Positions 12,798-25,105 of a DNA stretch of 64,000 nt are shown piece after piece. How positions within the stretch are numbered: position 1 is the first letter of the stretch; each line of letters starts with the position of its first letter. The notes below the pieces were generated by a model. It was not told where the DNA came from. It worked only from the letters and a program-made list of their open reading frames with translations, and did no database searches. Origin of the DNA: Mobula hypostoma (taxonomy: Eukaryota); the NCBI RefSeq assembly GCF_963921235.1, contig NC_086097.1, forward strand, positions 5,952,001 to 6,016,000, given 5' to 3'. The position numbers and the translations under genes are program-made.

Positions 12798-13276
12798 TCA
12801 CCTCAACAGGAACTGAAGTACCTCTGTTTACTACCACTACGACCACAGACAGCCCATTCCAAGTATCTAGTATGCTCTGTGTAAAATACTTGCCCCATTA
12901 ATCTTTTTTAAACTTTCCCCATCTCACCTTAAGTGTATGTCCTCTGGTACTTGGTATTTCTATCATGGGAAAGTATTCTGGTTGTCTATTGTATCTTAAC
13001 TTCTCATAATTATATAAACTTCTATCAGGTTACTCCTCAGCCACTGGGAAACCAGCCCAAGTTAGTCCAACCTTTCCTCATAAATAATCCAGGCAACATC
13101 TTGGTAAACTTCCCCTTTCACCATTTACAAAGCCTCCATTTCTTTCCTACAATGGGGTAAGCAGAATAACATGCAAAAGTAGATTGGATAATCTTCTCTG
13201 CCAATTATTAAATAGTTTCACTAGATTATTATCAACAGCAGTTAACTATGAAGTTCATGTACAATGCATTATAAGG

Positions 13277-13605
13277 GGGTGGCATGGTAGCATGGCAGTT
13301 ATTGCAATGCTATTACAGCGCAGGGTGTCAGATTTCAGAATTCAATTCTGGTGTCTTCTGTGTGAAGTTTGTACATTCTTCATGGGCTTCCTCAAAGTGT
13401 CTGGTTTCCTCCCACAGTAGGTTACTTGGTTATTGTAAATCAGACATTCCCAACCTTTTTATGCCATGGACCAATACCATTAAGCAATAGGTCCATGGAG
13501 CACAGGTTGAAGACCCCTGTTGCAAATTTTCCTGTGATTAGGCTAGTATTTAATCGGTGAGTTGTTGGACAGTGCGGCCTGTTGGGCTGGAAGGGTCTGC
13601 ACCTC
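13277..13605 (+). mobile_element. V-SINE
   Basis: tRNA-like head ggtggcatggtagc... and V-domain ctggtttcctcccacagt. Confidence 0.65.
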
Positions 13606-14170
13606 CAAATAAAAAGGAAGTTGCTGATCTCCTGGTCACTGCAATGAAGTCCAAGCCCCATGTTGGGCATCTATCCCCCCTTTCAATGCCAGCTGCCTCT
13701 TCAGCTTGCAGAATGCTTATTTTTCATGTTGACAAATTTATGAAAAAAGACTGATGTCGAAAGACTTCTTATTTTTTAAATAAGAATGCATCAAAATGAA
13801 GCCTCAGAGTTCAACAGCTTATATTAATATAAAATTCTAGCTGCAGAGAATTGCAGGTCTGGGGTTGCTGACTCCGAATAGATAAATACTCCTTTTCATT
13901 ACCCACTCATTTATGTTTAATCATAATGGACAGGTTGTGAATGAGCTTTTTTTTAAATATTTGTTTATGAAAAAAACTATCATCACAGGCTGGCAGCTTT
14001 AAATTGCTGCACAGTTACAGCTAATGATATTGGATGTGATATGATGCCTCCAAGGCAAACTGATAGAAACTAATCCCCTGCAGAGAGCAGTCAGGAAAGC
14101 TTGAATTACAAGCTGGAGTGTTCACTGAGAGTATTTTAAAACTACAAGTAGCTTGTGTGTGTGTGTGTGT

Positions 14171-14668
14171 GTGGGGTGCCCTGAAAGGGGTAGCACCTCT
14201 GGGAATGGGGCTTGTTGTATCCATTCTGGGGCAGCTCACACACCCTTGCTTCCCATAGGGCACTCAGCTCTCTTGAGGATGTCAACAAGTGCCAGCAGCC
14301 ATTGCCCATACAGGGCATCAACAGGTGGTCTAAACCAGGTGAGAGGAGCTGGTGGGCCTCATATCCTGGTGAGTAAGGGGCATGCCTGTCGCAGTGTGTG
14401 GTCACCCCAGGCGGACAGGGTAGGTGAGATCTACAGTGAGATCCAATGTCCAGGAAGGCAGTTCTGCATCACTTCATGGAGAACAAAGACATGACAAGAT
14501 ACATACAATGTCATGGTCATCCACTGCAACGAAGGAAGACCCCTGCTGTGATGACTACTCACACCACCTGGACCCAGGCGTCCTAGCTCAAGAGAGTGGA
14601 ACTGTCCCAGGGCAATGACTTTAAAAACTCTCTCATACAGGTCTCTGGTCATTGTTGGATAGACCTAC
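14171..14668 (+). mobile_element. Non-autonomous RTE-related element
   Basis: Homologous to 12310-12797; preceded by (GT)n. Confidence 0.6.
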
Positions 14669-14939
14669 ATTCAAGAAATTTGAAATTAACCATTTATAAT
14701 CATGGGGATGTTCCAAAATGGATTTGTTTTATTTGAATTATAATAATTTGTGAAGAGTTGGTTGATTTTTTCTCTTTGTTTCTGATGCAAGATAAAGCAT
14801 GCATCAACACGGAGTTAAAATCCATTAAGTTGTGAACATAATTTATAATTTTATAATAATTCTTAGTGCTCAGAAATATTATGATTATTGATACCATAAA
14901 AAGTGAAAATATTCTGTGATGTTTCAGACTTGAATCTAC

Positions 14940-15410
14940 AAAAAGGTGTGTGTGTCCCATCATTGAACACATCTACATGGAGCGCTGTTGCAGGAAAACA
15001 ACATCCAACATCAAGGACCCCCACCATCCTGGCCATGTTTTCTTCTCACTGCTACCACCAGGAAGACAGTACAGGTGCCTCTGGACTCTCACCACCAGAT
15101 TCAGAAATAGTTACTGCTCCTCAACGTCAGGCTCTTGAACCAGAGGGAATAACTTCACTCAACTTCACTTGTCCCATCACTGAACTGTTCCCACAACTTA
15201 TGGACTCACTTTCAAGGACTCTTCATCATCTCATGTTCTCAATATTTATTGCTTTATTTATTTATTATTATTTTTGTTTTTTTTCTTTCTTTTTGTATTT
15301 GCATAGTTTGTTGCTCTTTGCACATTGACTGTCTGCCGTGTTGGGTGCAACCTGTCAATGATCTTATTGAGTCCTTGTATTTACTGTAATTGCAGCAAGA
15401 AATTGAACAA
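14940..15410 (+). mobile_element. Rex1-type LINE 3' end
   Basis: IKDPHHPGHVFFSLLPPGRQYRCLWTLTTRFRNS motif plus 3'UTR. Confidence 0.85.
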
Positions 15411-15429
15411 ATGAACACATTTCACGTCT

Positions 15430-15605
15430 TCTGCACACCACTGTTGTAATGCGTGGTTACTTGAGTTACTGCCATCTTCCTGTCAGCTTGAAGCAGTCTG
15501 GCCATTCTCCTCTGACCTCTCTCATTATCAAGATATTGTTGCCCACCAAACTGCTGCTCACGAGATATTTTTCATTTCACACCATTCTCTGGAAACTCGA
15601 GAGGC
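15430..15605. mobile_element. Tc1-like DNA transposon fragment
   Basis: cagcttgaagcagtctggccattctcctctgacctct resembles fish Tc1 subterminal sequence (pattern recall only). Confidence 0.45.
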
Positions 15606-15734
15606 CAATCCCTCCTTAAAGTTAACTCACTGACTGTGAAGGTTTCAGCTGCTGTCTCATTTCTATGTTCTTTCTGAATATCAAAGATGTTAATCTATTT
15701 AACGTGTAATAAATCAAGACTTTAACTTCACCTC

Positions 15735-15935
15735 AACACAAGAGAGTCTACAGACGCTGGAAATCCAGAGCAACATACGAAACATGCTGGAGGAATTCAG
15801 CAGGACGGGCAGTATCCGTGGAAATGAATAAACAGTCAATGTTTTGGGCCAAGACCCAAACGGTCTCAAAAAGGACTCAGTTTATTCCTTTCCATAGATG
15901 CTGCCTGACTTGCTGAGTTTCTCCAGCACTTTGTC
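15735..15935. mobile_element. Head-to-head inverted pair of Penelope pLTR fragments
   Basis: gctggaggaattcagcagg...aataaacagtc versus gactcagtttattcc...gagtttctccagc (reverse complement). Confidence 0.75.
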
Positions 15936-16104
15936 CTTTTTATTTTAACTTTGCATTCTATTTCTCACGTAACTACAAAAGAAGTAAATGGAACACTAGG
16001 TTCCCAGCAAAACTGTTCACAATACGTTTTGTCCAATTAACTGTTCTAAGACACAACATAATCATGTGAATACTTCCAGTATTTTCTTTTCAGTATGTAC
16101 TGCG

Positions 16105-16335
16105 GGGCAGCAGGATGGCAGAGTGGTTGGCACATCGTTTTACAGCACAACAGCCCGGGTTCAACTCCTGCCACTGTCTGTAAGGATCTCGTGTGTTCTC
16201 CCCGAAACTGCATTATTTTCCCCCGGTTTCCGCCCTCATTCCAAAGACGTACGGGTCAGTAGGTTAACTGGTCACATGGTGTAATTGGCAGCACAGCCTC
16301 ATAGGGCCAGAAGGGCCAATACTGTGCTGTATCTC
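16105..16335 (+). mobile_element. V-SINE
   Basis: B-box gggttcaactcc; V-domain tccaaagacgtacgggtcagtaggttaactgg. Confidence 0.75.
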
Positions 16336-16456
16336 GAAATTAAGTTTCAGTAAGAACTCTATAAGTAAGATAAAATCATTACGATATCAGAATCAGGTTT
16401 ATTATCACTGGCATGTGCCGTGGAATTTGTTAACTTAGCAGCAGCAGTTCAATGCA

Positions 16457-16964
16457 GTTACAAAATACATGTGGACTAAGATGTTAACTGTCCTGTGCTA
16501 TCACCAGTGGGATCATCAGTTGATCTGCCACCTGTCTTCAGGAGTTTCGGCCTGCTTATGATCAGGACTCCCTCGAGGTGGTGGGCCAGCAGTGCTAAAG
16601 CACCACCTCCCACTGGTGAGCTTAAAAACTTGGCATCTGCCTCTATCAGAGTTGTTGGTCACTTCCATCCAACAGATAGTCTGCTCTTCAGGTGTCTATG
16701 CAACTACTGAAGGGTTTGCAAGATATGTATACACTGTCTGACTATCTGCCCCTCTGGACATACTTGGTCCACACCAATGCTGATCCTGTCTCTGTTGCCT
16801 CAGCTACAGCCCTGCTGGTTGACTTGATCTCTCTTCTAGTGAAGCCAAGGTCACGCAGCCACTTCTGGAGAGTGAACGCAATAGACCCACGGCAAGCCTA
16901 CTTTGAATGGATAGCATGAGACCTTCCACCCTCTGCACTCTGATCTTAATTCTGCATACCTGGT
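16457..16964 (-). mobile_element. Hero-clade (R2 superfamily) non-LTR retrotransposon 3' end
   Basis: Frameshift-corrected RYAELRSECRGWKVSCYPFKVG-CRGSIAFTLQKWLRDLGFTRREIKSTSRAVAEATETGSALVWTKY, a REL-endonuclease C-terminus typical of Hero, followed by a structured 3'UTR. Confidence 0.8.
16501..16619 (-). ncRNA. Candidate permuted/pseudoknotted hammerhead-like ribozyme in the Hero 3'UTR
   Basis: GGGAGUC...GAAACUCCU (helix III, GUC triplet), UGAUC/GAUCA (helix I), CUGAUGA, and a 12-bp closing stem. Confidence 0.55.
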
Positions 16965-17557
16965 TAATATAGAAGAAAAATAATAATAATAAATGAATGA
17001 ATTACAGTATACATATATGGAATAGATTAAAAATTGTGCATGAACAGAAATAGTATGTAGTAAAAAAGTGAGGTTGTGTCCATGGATTTAATGTCCATTT
17101 AGGAATCGGCTGGCAGAGGGGAAGAAGCTGTTCCTGAATCGCTGAGTGTGTGCCTTCAGGCTTCTGTACCTCCTTCCTGTTGATAACAATGAGAAAATGG
17201 CATGCCCTAGATGCTGGGGAGGTCCTTGATAATGGATGCTGCCTTTCTGAGACACCACTCCTTGAAGATGTTCTGGGTACTTTGCAGGCTAGTACCCAAG
17301 ATGGAGCTGACTAAGTTTACAACCCTCTGCAACTTCTTTTGGTCCTGTGCAGTAGCACCCCCACACCAAACCCGACAGTGATGCAGCCTGTCAGGATGGT
17401 ACATCCATATCCATGGTACATCGATAGAAGTTTCGGAGTCAGGGCTTTATGCCTGGCTCTGTGTAGGGTCATCCATACCAAACAGGCCAAAGGGTAGGGG
17501 CAGGACTAAGAGTAGTCCACCTGTCCTCCAGGTTTGGGGGTTCAGCTCAGGAGTAAC

Positions 17558-17742
17558 TGTGGTGTCTTTAATATTTCAGTAATGTTTGAGTAATATTGTA
17601 AACATATTTCTGGTTAAGCAATCTTAATGTAGGTCAGATATGCACATCTCGCTTAAAGTAAAAACATAACTAAGACATGCATCTCTGGGTTCTGTGTTTT
17701 TCTTTCAATTAGTTTTATGCTTTGGAGTTACAAAATATAACA
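17558..17742. mobile_element. Short solo-LTR-like insert within an RTE 5' fragment
   Basis: TGT...ACA termini; near-TSD gtaac/ctaac. Confidence 0.45.
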
Positions 17743-17908
17743 CTAACAGCCCAGACTTGTCAAACAAAGCTGCTACAGAAACAGCAATGAAGAATCTTTC
17801 TAAATCTGTGTGCAATGGTATTCCTGAGTCTTCATCCAGGATTTGCATGACTGACATGTGAAAAACGAGCTTGGCAAAATGAAGGAAGCCCTGAACACCA
17901 TGCCAGAC

Positions 17909-17945
<37 letters not shown>

Positions 17946-19449
17946 CATGACTTTTGCACAATACTGTAGATAAAATAGCATTTGCTGATTTTTTAAAAAT
18001 ATTGTTTATTACATTTCTTCTATTTGCACAGGTGATATTTTGTGGTTTAAACAGGGAATTCTGAGTTGAGAGTTCTCCACAGATCATGATACTCATTTAT
18101 TCCCTGGTCCATTGATTGACAGTGTATGATCCTCTGTATAATATTTAGATTATGAGAATCCATTCTGTGACCGTTGGCTAAAGTCCTACTAGTGAAGTGA
18201 GAATTTTAATTAGTAAGATATGAGCAGAAGAAAGATATCCAGCTTTAACAAAACTGTAAGTTGGTTTCTATATGTGTACAGCAGTCAATTATTTTGGAAA
18301 ATTACAAACCTACAAATGGCAAGTTGTGTTATTTTAACTATCAAACTGACATAGGATACTACAGGTTTTTGATGTGCAAAATATTTCAATTTCCTGAGGT
18401 GATTTTCAGATAGCTTGCATTGGATATGTGTAATTAATACAGTATTTCCACTTAAATATTATATGGATGTGACCTATTTTAACATCCTTAAATCATGCTA
18501 TGTTGTAATTATGTAAAAACTCCAACTCATTTGGATAAATCTACCCCATTCAGAAACTTAATGAGGTAAAAAATAACATTATCAAACAACCAGATAAGGA
18601 ATGTCATACCAGTGGCATTTTACACCCAAAGTACTTTCATTTTCAATTGATTTCTGTGTTACCACAGGCAGCAGGATTGAACATCTGCTTTGCGCAGTTT
18701 CTGAGCAACCTAGACCCGCAGTACTTTAAGTTCTTAATGTCTAGAAGGATCTTATGATCATAGAAAATACATTTAAAAAGGGCAATAGCACCTTTTGTTG
18801 ACCCTGGAGAAGCTGTTGTGATCAAATGCGCCACCGTCTTACTAGAACCCAACTGGAACTTAGAAAGAACAGCCTTCTGACTTGGTTGTGACCAGCACAT
18901 TCTCACGTGGTAATCAGGGATGAGCAATAAACAATGCATTTTTGGTGACAGGCAAATACTGTCTTTATGGTGACACAAAAGTTTGATTTGCCTTCATAAA
19001 AAACAACTTATAATAGATAATTAATCTCCAACACTCATGTAGAATATGGGCAAAAACCAGCATATGCTGGGGAAGTCGGGGAAGTCTACAAAGTCATAGG
19101 GAAAACATGAAAGCTGCACGCAGTCAGGTCTCAGGGACTATGAAGCAGCAGAACCAACTGTTATGCCATTGCCCCCAATGTTATTGCAAGGGAGACAGGA
19201 AAGGAACAGCAGGACAACTTTTCAAGTGAGTGAATATATTATGCTCACTTTAATTAATAGGCAAGAGATGGTATTGAGTTCCTACAGCGTGTTGTAAGAG
19301 ATGGTATTGCCTCTTCAGTTGTGTACTCTGTGGGAAGCCATTTTATTGCCAATGCTATGGAGAAGAATAATGATTTCAAATTTCTATATTGTCTTTAATG
19401 TAAAACAATACAAAATGTTTCATAGAGGCCTTACCAATTAAATAGTAAC

Positions 19450-20690
19450 AGAAATAGGCCATTCAGTCCATCGTCTGTTCCGCCATTTCATCAGGGCAGA
19501 TCCAGTTTTCCATTCAGCCCCAATCTCCTGCCTTCTCAATTCATGCCCTGGCCAATCAAAGATCTATCAACCTCTGCCTTAAATATACATAAAGACTTGG
19601 CCTCCACAGCTACTGATGGCAAAGAATTCCACAGATTCACCACTCTCTAGCTAAAGAAATTCCTCTTTATCTCTGTTCTAAAAGGATACACCTCTATTCT
19701 GAGGCAGTGTCATCTGGTCTTCGATTTTTCCCATCATAGGAAACATCCTCTCCACATTCACTCTATCAAGGCCTTTTACGATTTGATAGGATTCAGTGAG
19801 GTCACCCATCATTCTTCTGAACTCTAGTGAATACAGGCCCAGAGCAATCAAACCCTCTTCATGTGACAAGCCATTCAATCCTGGAATCAGTTTCGTGAAC
19901 CTTTGAAACCTCTCCAGTTCTAGCACATCTTTTCAAAAATAATGGGGTTAAAACTGCTCACAATACTCCAAGTGAGGATTCACCAGTGCTTCATAAAGTT
20001 TCAACATTTACATCTTTGCTTTTATATTCTGGTCCTCTTTTTGAAATGAATGCTAACATTGCATTTGCCTTCCTCACCACGGGCTCAACCTGCAAATTAA
20101 TCTGCAGGCAATGCTGCACAAGGGCTCCCAAGTCCCTTTGTGCCTCATTTATTTGTATTTTCTCTCCATTTAGAAAATAGTCAATCCTTTCATTTCTGCT
20201 ACCAAAGTGCATGACCAAACACTTCCTGACACCGTATTCTATTTGCCATTCCTTTGCCCATCCTCCTAATCTAAGTCCTTCTGTAGTCTCTCTACTTCCT
20301 CAAAACTACCTGTCCTCCACCTATCTTCATATGGTCTGCAATTTATTTCAACATAGCCATCAATTCAATTATCTAAATCATTGACATATAAAGTAAGAAG
20401 AATTGATCCCAACGCAGACCCCTGTGGAAGGAACACCACTATTCCCCAGCAGCCAACCAAGAAAGGGCTACCTTTATTCCCATTCTTTGCCTCCTGCCAA
20501 TCAGCCACTGCTTTATCCATACTAGAATCTTTCCTGTAATACCGTGGCAATGTCAGGGGCGGCACCTTGTCAAAGGCCTTCTGAAAATCCAAATACACAA
20601 CATCAACTGATTCTCCGATGTCTATTCTGCATGTTATTTCTTTAAAAAATTCCAACAGATTTGTCAGTCAAGATTTTCCCTTGAGGAAAC
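19450..20690 (-). mobile_element. CR1 LINE RT/3' part (degenerate)
   Basis: VDVVYLDFQKAFDKVP, PQGSALG, LYSLEFRRM motifs. Confidence 0.9.
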
Positions 20691-21929
20691 CACATTTTCT
20701 CCCACAGTCCAAAGATATACCCGTCAGTGGATCAATTATCCCATAATTAGGTTCGGGTTAAATAGATGGGTTACTGGGGGGTTCAGCCTGAAGAGCCTGT
20801 TCCACAGCGTATTCCAAAAAAGAAATTAAATGAATAAACAAATAATCTCAAGGTTATAAAAGGTGACAAGAATGTACTTTGATAATAAATTTTCATTGAA
20901 CTTTGGAATTTATGAAGTAATAAGCTTGATGATTATGCAAGACAGTCAATATATATCATGTCTTAAACATTTTAAATGGCTTTTAAGTTTTCCATTCTGG
21001 AACATGTCAAGTTTTTATGACATAATTGTAGCCAAATATAATTCTGTCCTCCCCCTGGATTCCAGAATTCAGATTCCATTCTCCCTCACTATACCTTATC
21101 ATTGATTTTGTGGAGTTTGTACTCATTTTTCTGCTACTTTAGCTACAATAACAGTGATTTTGTCATGGTTAAATACCCCAAAGTGCTTTGTCCGAATTGT
21201 CAAGACTTGAAGGCGCGGATCATCTGTTTACAGTCGCCAGGAGAGAGGCTGCGTTTCACTGGGATCGGTGTTGGTTCTGCCCCCCATTGTTCACTCGGCA
21301 GAAGACAAGCTGTATTGTGATTGTAGATTTCTGCAGCATTTGTGGCTAGACTATTTGTTTTTGATTGGCTGTATTTTACTGATGTGTTTATGTGCTTGCT
21401 ACCTTATGTACGCTGTGTGCTTTGTGCTGTGTGTGACCATTGGTAATGCATTTTGCACCTTGGCCCCAGAACAATGCTGTCTCATTTGGCTGTATTCATG
21501 AGTATTCACATATGGTTGAATGACAATTAAACTTGAATTGAATAGAAATAAATTGAATGTTTTGAACAGCAAACTACTTTAGTGGGAGCTGAATCGCAGA
21601 TTCATGAGTCCAGATAAAGGTGCCATGTTTTCTCCAACGAGGATAATACTGTAGTGAATGAAATGGTGGTTCAACAACAATCCTGTAATTTAGGTAATCA
21701 TCATTACTGAGATTAGTTGTTCTTGTTCCGTGTTGTTAGATTGTTTAAATTCTGTAGATGGTATGGTGGGAACTGAACTCCGATCACCAGATTGTAAATC
21801 CATTTCTCTGGGTTATGGATCCTATAACTTAACCATTGTTCCACAGCCGAACCTCTGACTGTGTAAATGTTAGAGGAATGAATATTGGATGTTATTTTGC
21901 TTGTCCAATATTCTCCATAATTCTAGTCA

Positions 21930-22950
21930 CATAGCACTACAGTACAGAAACAGGCTCTTCAGCCCATCTTGTCTATACCAGACAATTAATTCTGCCTAGT
22001 CCCATGGACCTGCACATGGATCATACCCATGCCATCCATGTACATCCAAAATTCTCTTAAATAGATTCTTGATTAGTCATGGTGTGAAAAGTTATGGGGA
22101 AAGGCAGGAGAATGGTGATGAGAGGGAAATGGATCAGCCATTGTGAAATAGTGGAGCAAACTCGACAGGCTGAATAGCCTAATTCTGCTCCTATGTTTTA
22201 TGTCTAAATATTGAAATCGAACCCACATCCACCACTTGTGCTGGCAGCCCCTTCCACACTCTCACCATCCTCTGAGTGCAAAAGTTCCCCCTCATGTTCC
22301 CTTTAGTCATTTCACCTTTCATCTTTAACCCATGACCTCTAGGTCTAGTCTCACCAAAGCTCATCGGAAAAAGCCTCACGCACAAAATGCTGGAGGAACT
22401 TAGCAGGCCAGGCAGCATCTATGAGTACAGTAAATGTTTTAGGCCGAGACCTTTCAGCAGGACTGTCTGGATTTTTTGCCTGGATTTCCAACATCTGCAG
22501 ATATTCTCTTGTTTGTGCTTGGAAAAAGCCTGCTTGCATTTACCCTATCTCTAAGACTCATAATTTTATATACCTTTATCAAATTGTGCTATCTGTTATG
22601 TTTGTATCTACGAAGACTATAAGACATAGGAGTAGAATTTGGCCATTCAGCCCATCGAGTCTCCTACTAAGGAGACATTCAATATCTGGAAAACGTAAGT
22701 AGGATCATAGTCACCATTACAGAGAGAGACGATGATGGTCATCATATCCCTGCTATTTAAAACATATTTCAAACACCCGAAGCAATCGGGGAGATGCCAG
22801 AGGATTGGAGGATAGCTAATGTTGTTCCATTGTTTAAGAAAGCCTCTATAAAATAAGCCAGTAAACACTAGGCTGGTGAGTCTGGCATCAATGGTGGGAA
22901 AGTTATTGGAAGGTATTGTAAGGGACAGGATATTTGCATAGACAGAGATC
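21930..22950. mobile_element. Cluster of nested CR1 fragments with a Penelope pLTR insert (22378-22515)
   Basis: CR1 3' motifs on both strands; Penelope terminal motif. Confidence 0.7.
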
Positions 22951-22976
22951 GACTGGGGATCGTCAACTGTTCTTTT

Positions 22977-23975
22977 CACACAAAATGCTGGAGGAATTTA
23001 GCAGGCCAGGCAGCATCTAAGTACTGTCAACATTTCAGGCCAAAATCCTTCGGCAGGACTGGAGACAAAAAGCTGAAGAGTAGATTTAAAAGGTGGGGGG
23101 AGGGGAGAGAGAAACACAAGATGATAGGTGCAACCTGGAAAGGAGGGATGAAATAAAAAGCTGGGATGTTGATTGGTGAAAGAGATACAGGGCTGGAGAA
23201 GGGGAGTCTGATAGGAGAGGACAGAAGACCATGGAAAAAAGAAAAGTGGGGAGAAGCACCAGAGGGAGACAATGGGCTGGCAAGGAGTAAGGTGAGAGGG
23301 AAAAGGGGATCGAGAATGGTAAAGGAGTTGGGTGGCATTACGGGAAGTTCGAGAAAATTATGTTCATGCTATCAGGTTGGAGGCTACCCAGACGGAATAT
23401 AATGTGTTGTTCCCCAACCTGAGTGTGGTCTCATCGCGACAGTAGAAGAAGCCATGGATTGACATATTGGAATGGGAAGTGGAATTAAAATGGGTGACTG
23501 GGAGATCACGCCTCTTCTAGTGGACTGGGCATAGGTACTTGGGAAAGTAGTTTTCCAATCTACTTTGGGTCTCACTGATATACAGGAGGCTGCACCGGTG
23601 GAACCAGACACGGTATATCACCCCAACACTCACAGGTGAAGTGTCGCCTCACCTGGAAGGACTGTTTGGGGCCCTGAGTGGTAGCGAGGGAGGAGGAGTA
23701 GGGGCAGGTGTAGCACTTGTTCCATTTGCAAGGATAAGTGCCAGGAGGGAGATCAGTGGGAAAGAAAGAATGGACAAGGGAGTCGCGTAGGGAACGATTC
23801 CTGCGGAAAACAGAAAGTGCGGGGGGGTGGAGAAGACGTGTTTGGTGGTAGGATCCCATTGGAGATGGTGGAAGTTCCAGCAAATTATATGCCAGGTAGA
23901 GGCTGACGGGGTTGTAGGTGAAGGCAAGAGGAACCCTATCCCTGGTAGGGTGGCGGGAGGATGGAGTGAGAGTGG
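22977..23975 (-). mobile_element. Penelope-like element (RT C-terminus, GIY-YIG, pLTR)
   Basis: RVPLAFTYNP...PGTYPCKWNKCYTCPY...FQVRRHFTC and LYISETQSRL motifs; terminal hammerhead-like motif. Confidence 0.9.
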
Positions 23976-24234
23976 TGCCATTTTCCTGCTCTTTCTCATA
24001 CATTCCTGGAAATTATACTATCTCAATTGCCTAGTCGATTTTGTTTTTGTAGGTCCTAGTTGGTTCCTTTTCCACTACCCTTCCTGGCAGTACTTTCAAT
24101 TTCAGTCTATTTATATTGCCCTTTTTTACCAAGATCACTTCTGTTTGCACATTGTTGGCAGATTCACTATGACTGGGCTGTCCTCTGTCCAATGACTGTA
24201 TGGAGTTTACATATAGTCGGAGTCTTAGACTAGA

Positions 24235-25105
24235 GCACACAGACTCAGAATAGAAGGGATAGAGCACGGATACGTGGAGGAATTTCTTCAGCCAGAGAGT
24301 GGTGAATCTGTGGAATTCATTGCCACCGGCAGCTGTGGAGGTCAGGTCACTAGGTATATTTAAGGCAGAGGATTATAGGTTCTTGGTTGGTCATGACATG
24401 AAGGGATATTGGGAGAAAGCTGGAGATTAGAGCTGAGAGAGAAATGGATTAGCCATGATGAAATGGTGGAGCAGACTTGATGCGCTAAATAGTCTAATTC
24501 TGTTTCTATATCCTATAGTCTGAGTGCTGTAGTTTCCTCCTAGATCCCATAAATGTTTGGGTTTGATGAGTGTGAATTGTTGCTACTGTGTGAATGAGTG
24601 ATATGATCAGAGGAGGGCTGATGGGAATGTGGAATGATGAAAATGGGATCAGTGTAGGACTATTGTAAATGAGCGATTGATTCAGCACAGATAGTATTGG
24701 GCAGTGGGCTTGCAGAGTGCTGGAGAATGAGTGAAGATTAGATAGAGGTATATAAGATTATGGGGGCTATCGATAGGGTAAAAGTATGCAGGATTCTTTC
24801 CACTGAGGTTAGGTGACACTAGCATTAGAGGTCATGGGTTAAGGGTGAAAGGTGAAATGTTTAAGGGGAACATGAGAGGGGATCTTCACTCAGAGGATGG
24901 TGACAGTGTGGAACAAGGTGCCTGCAGAATTGGTGAATTCAGGTTTGAATTCAACATTTAAGAGAAATTTGTATAGGTACATGGATGGTAGGGATATGGT
25001 CTAAGTGCAGTCGAATGGGACTAGGCAGATTAATATTTTGGTATGGCCGAGATGGGCCGAAGGGCCTCTGTGCTGTAGTGTTCTATGATTTTATGACTAT
25101 GTATG
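24235..25105 (+). mobile_element. Two CR1 3' ends with an intervening SINE fragment
   Basis: ttcttcagccagagagtggtgaatctgtggaattc; VYKIMGAIDRV; CR1-type tails. Confidence 0.75.

Larger units (their letters stand above)
16383..17435 (-). mobile_element. Rex1-type LINE 3' part, interrupted by Hero at 16457-16964
   Basis: ORF KKLQRVVNLVSSI...CLRKAASIIKD; 3'UTR matches the uninterrupted copy at 30566-30760. Confidence 0.85.

Noticed and set aside
18643..18978. 111-aa minus-strand ORF in unique DNA
   Set aside because: No recognisable homology or supporting minus-strand splice signals.
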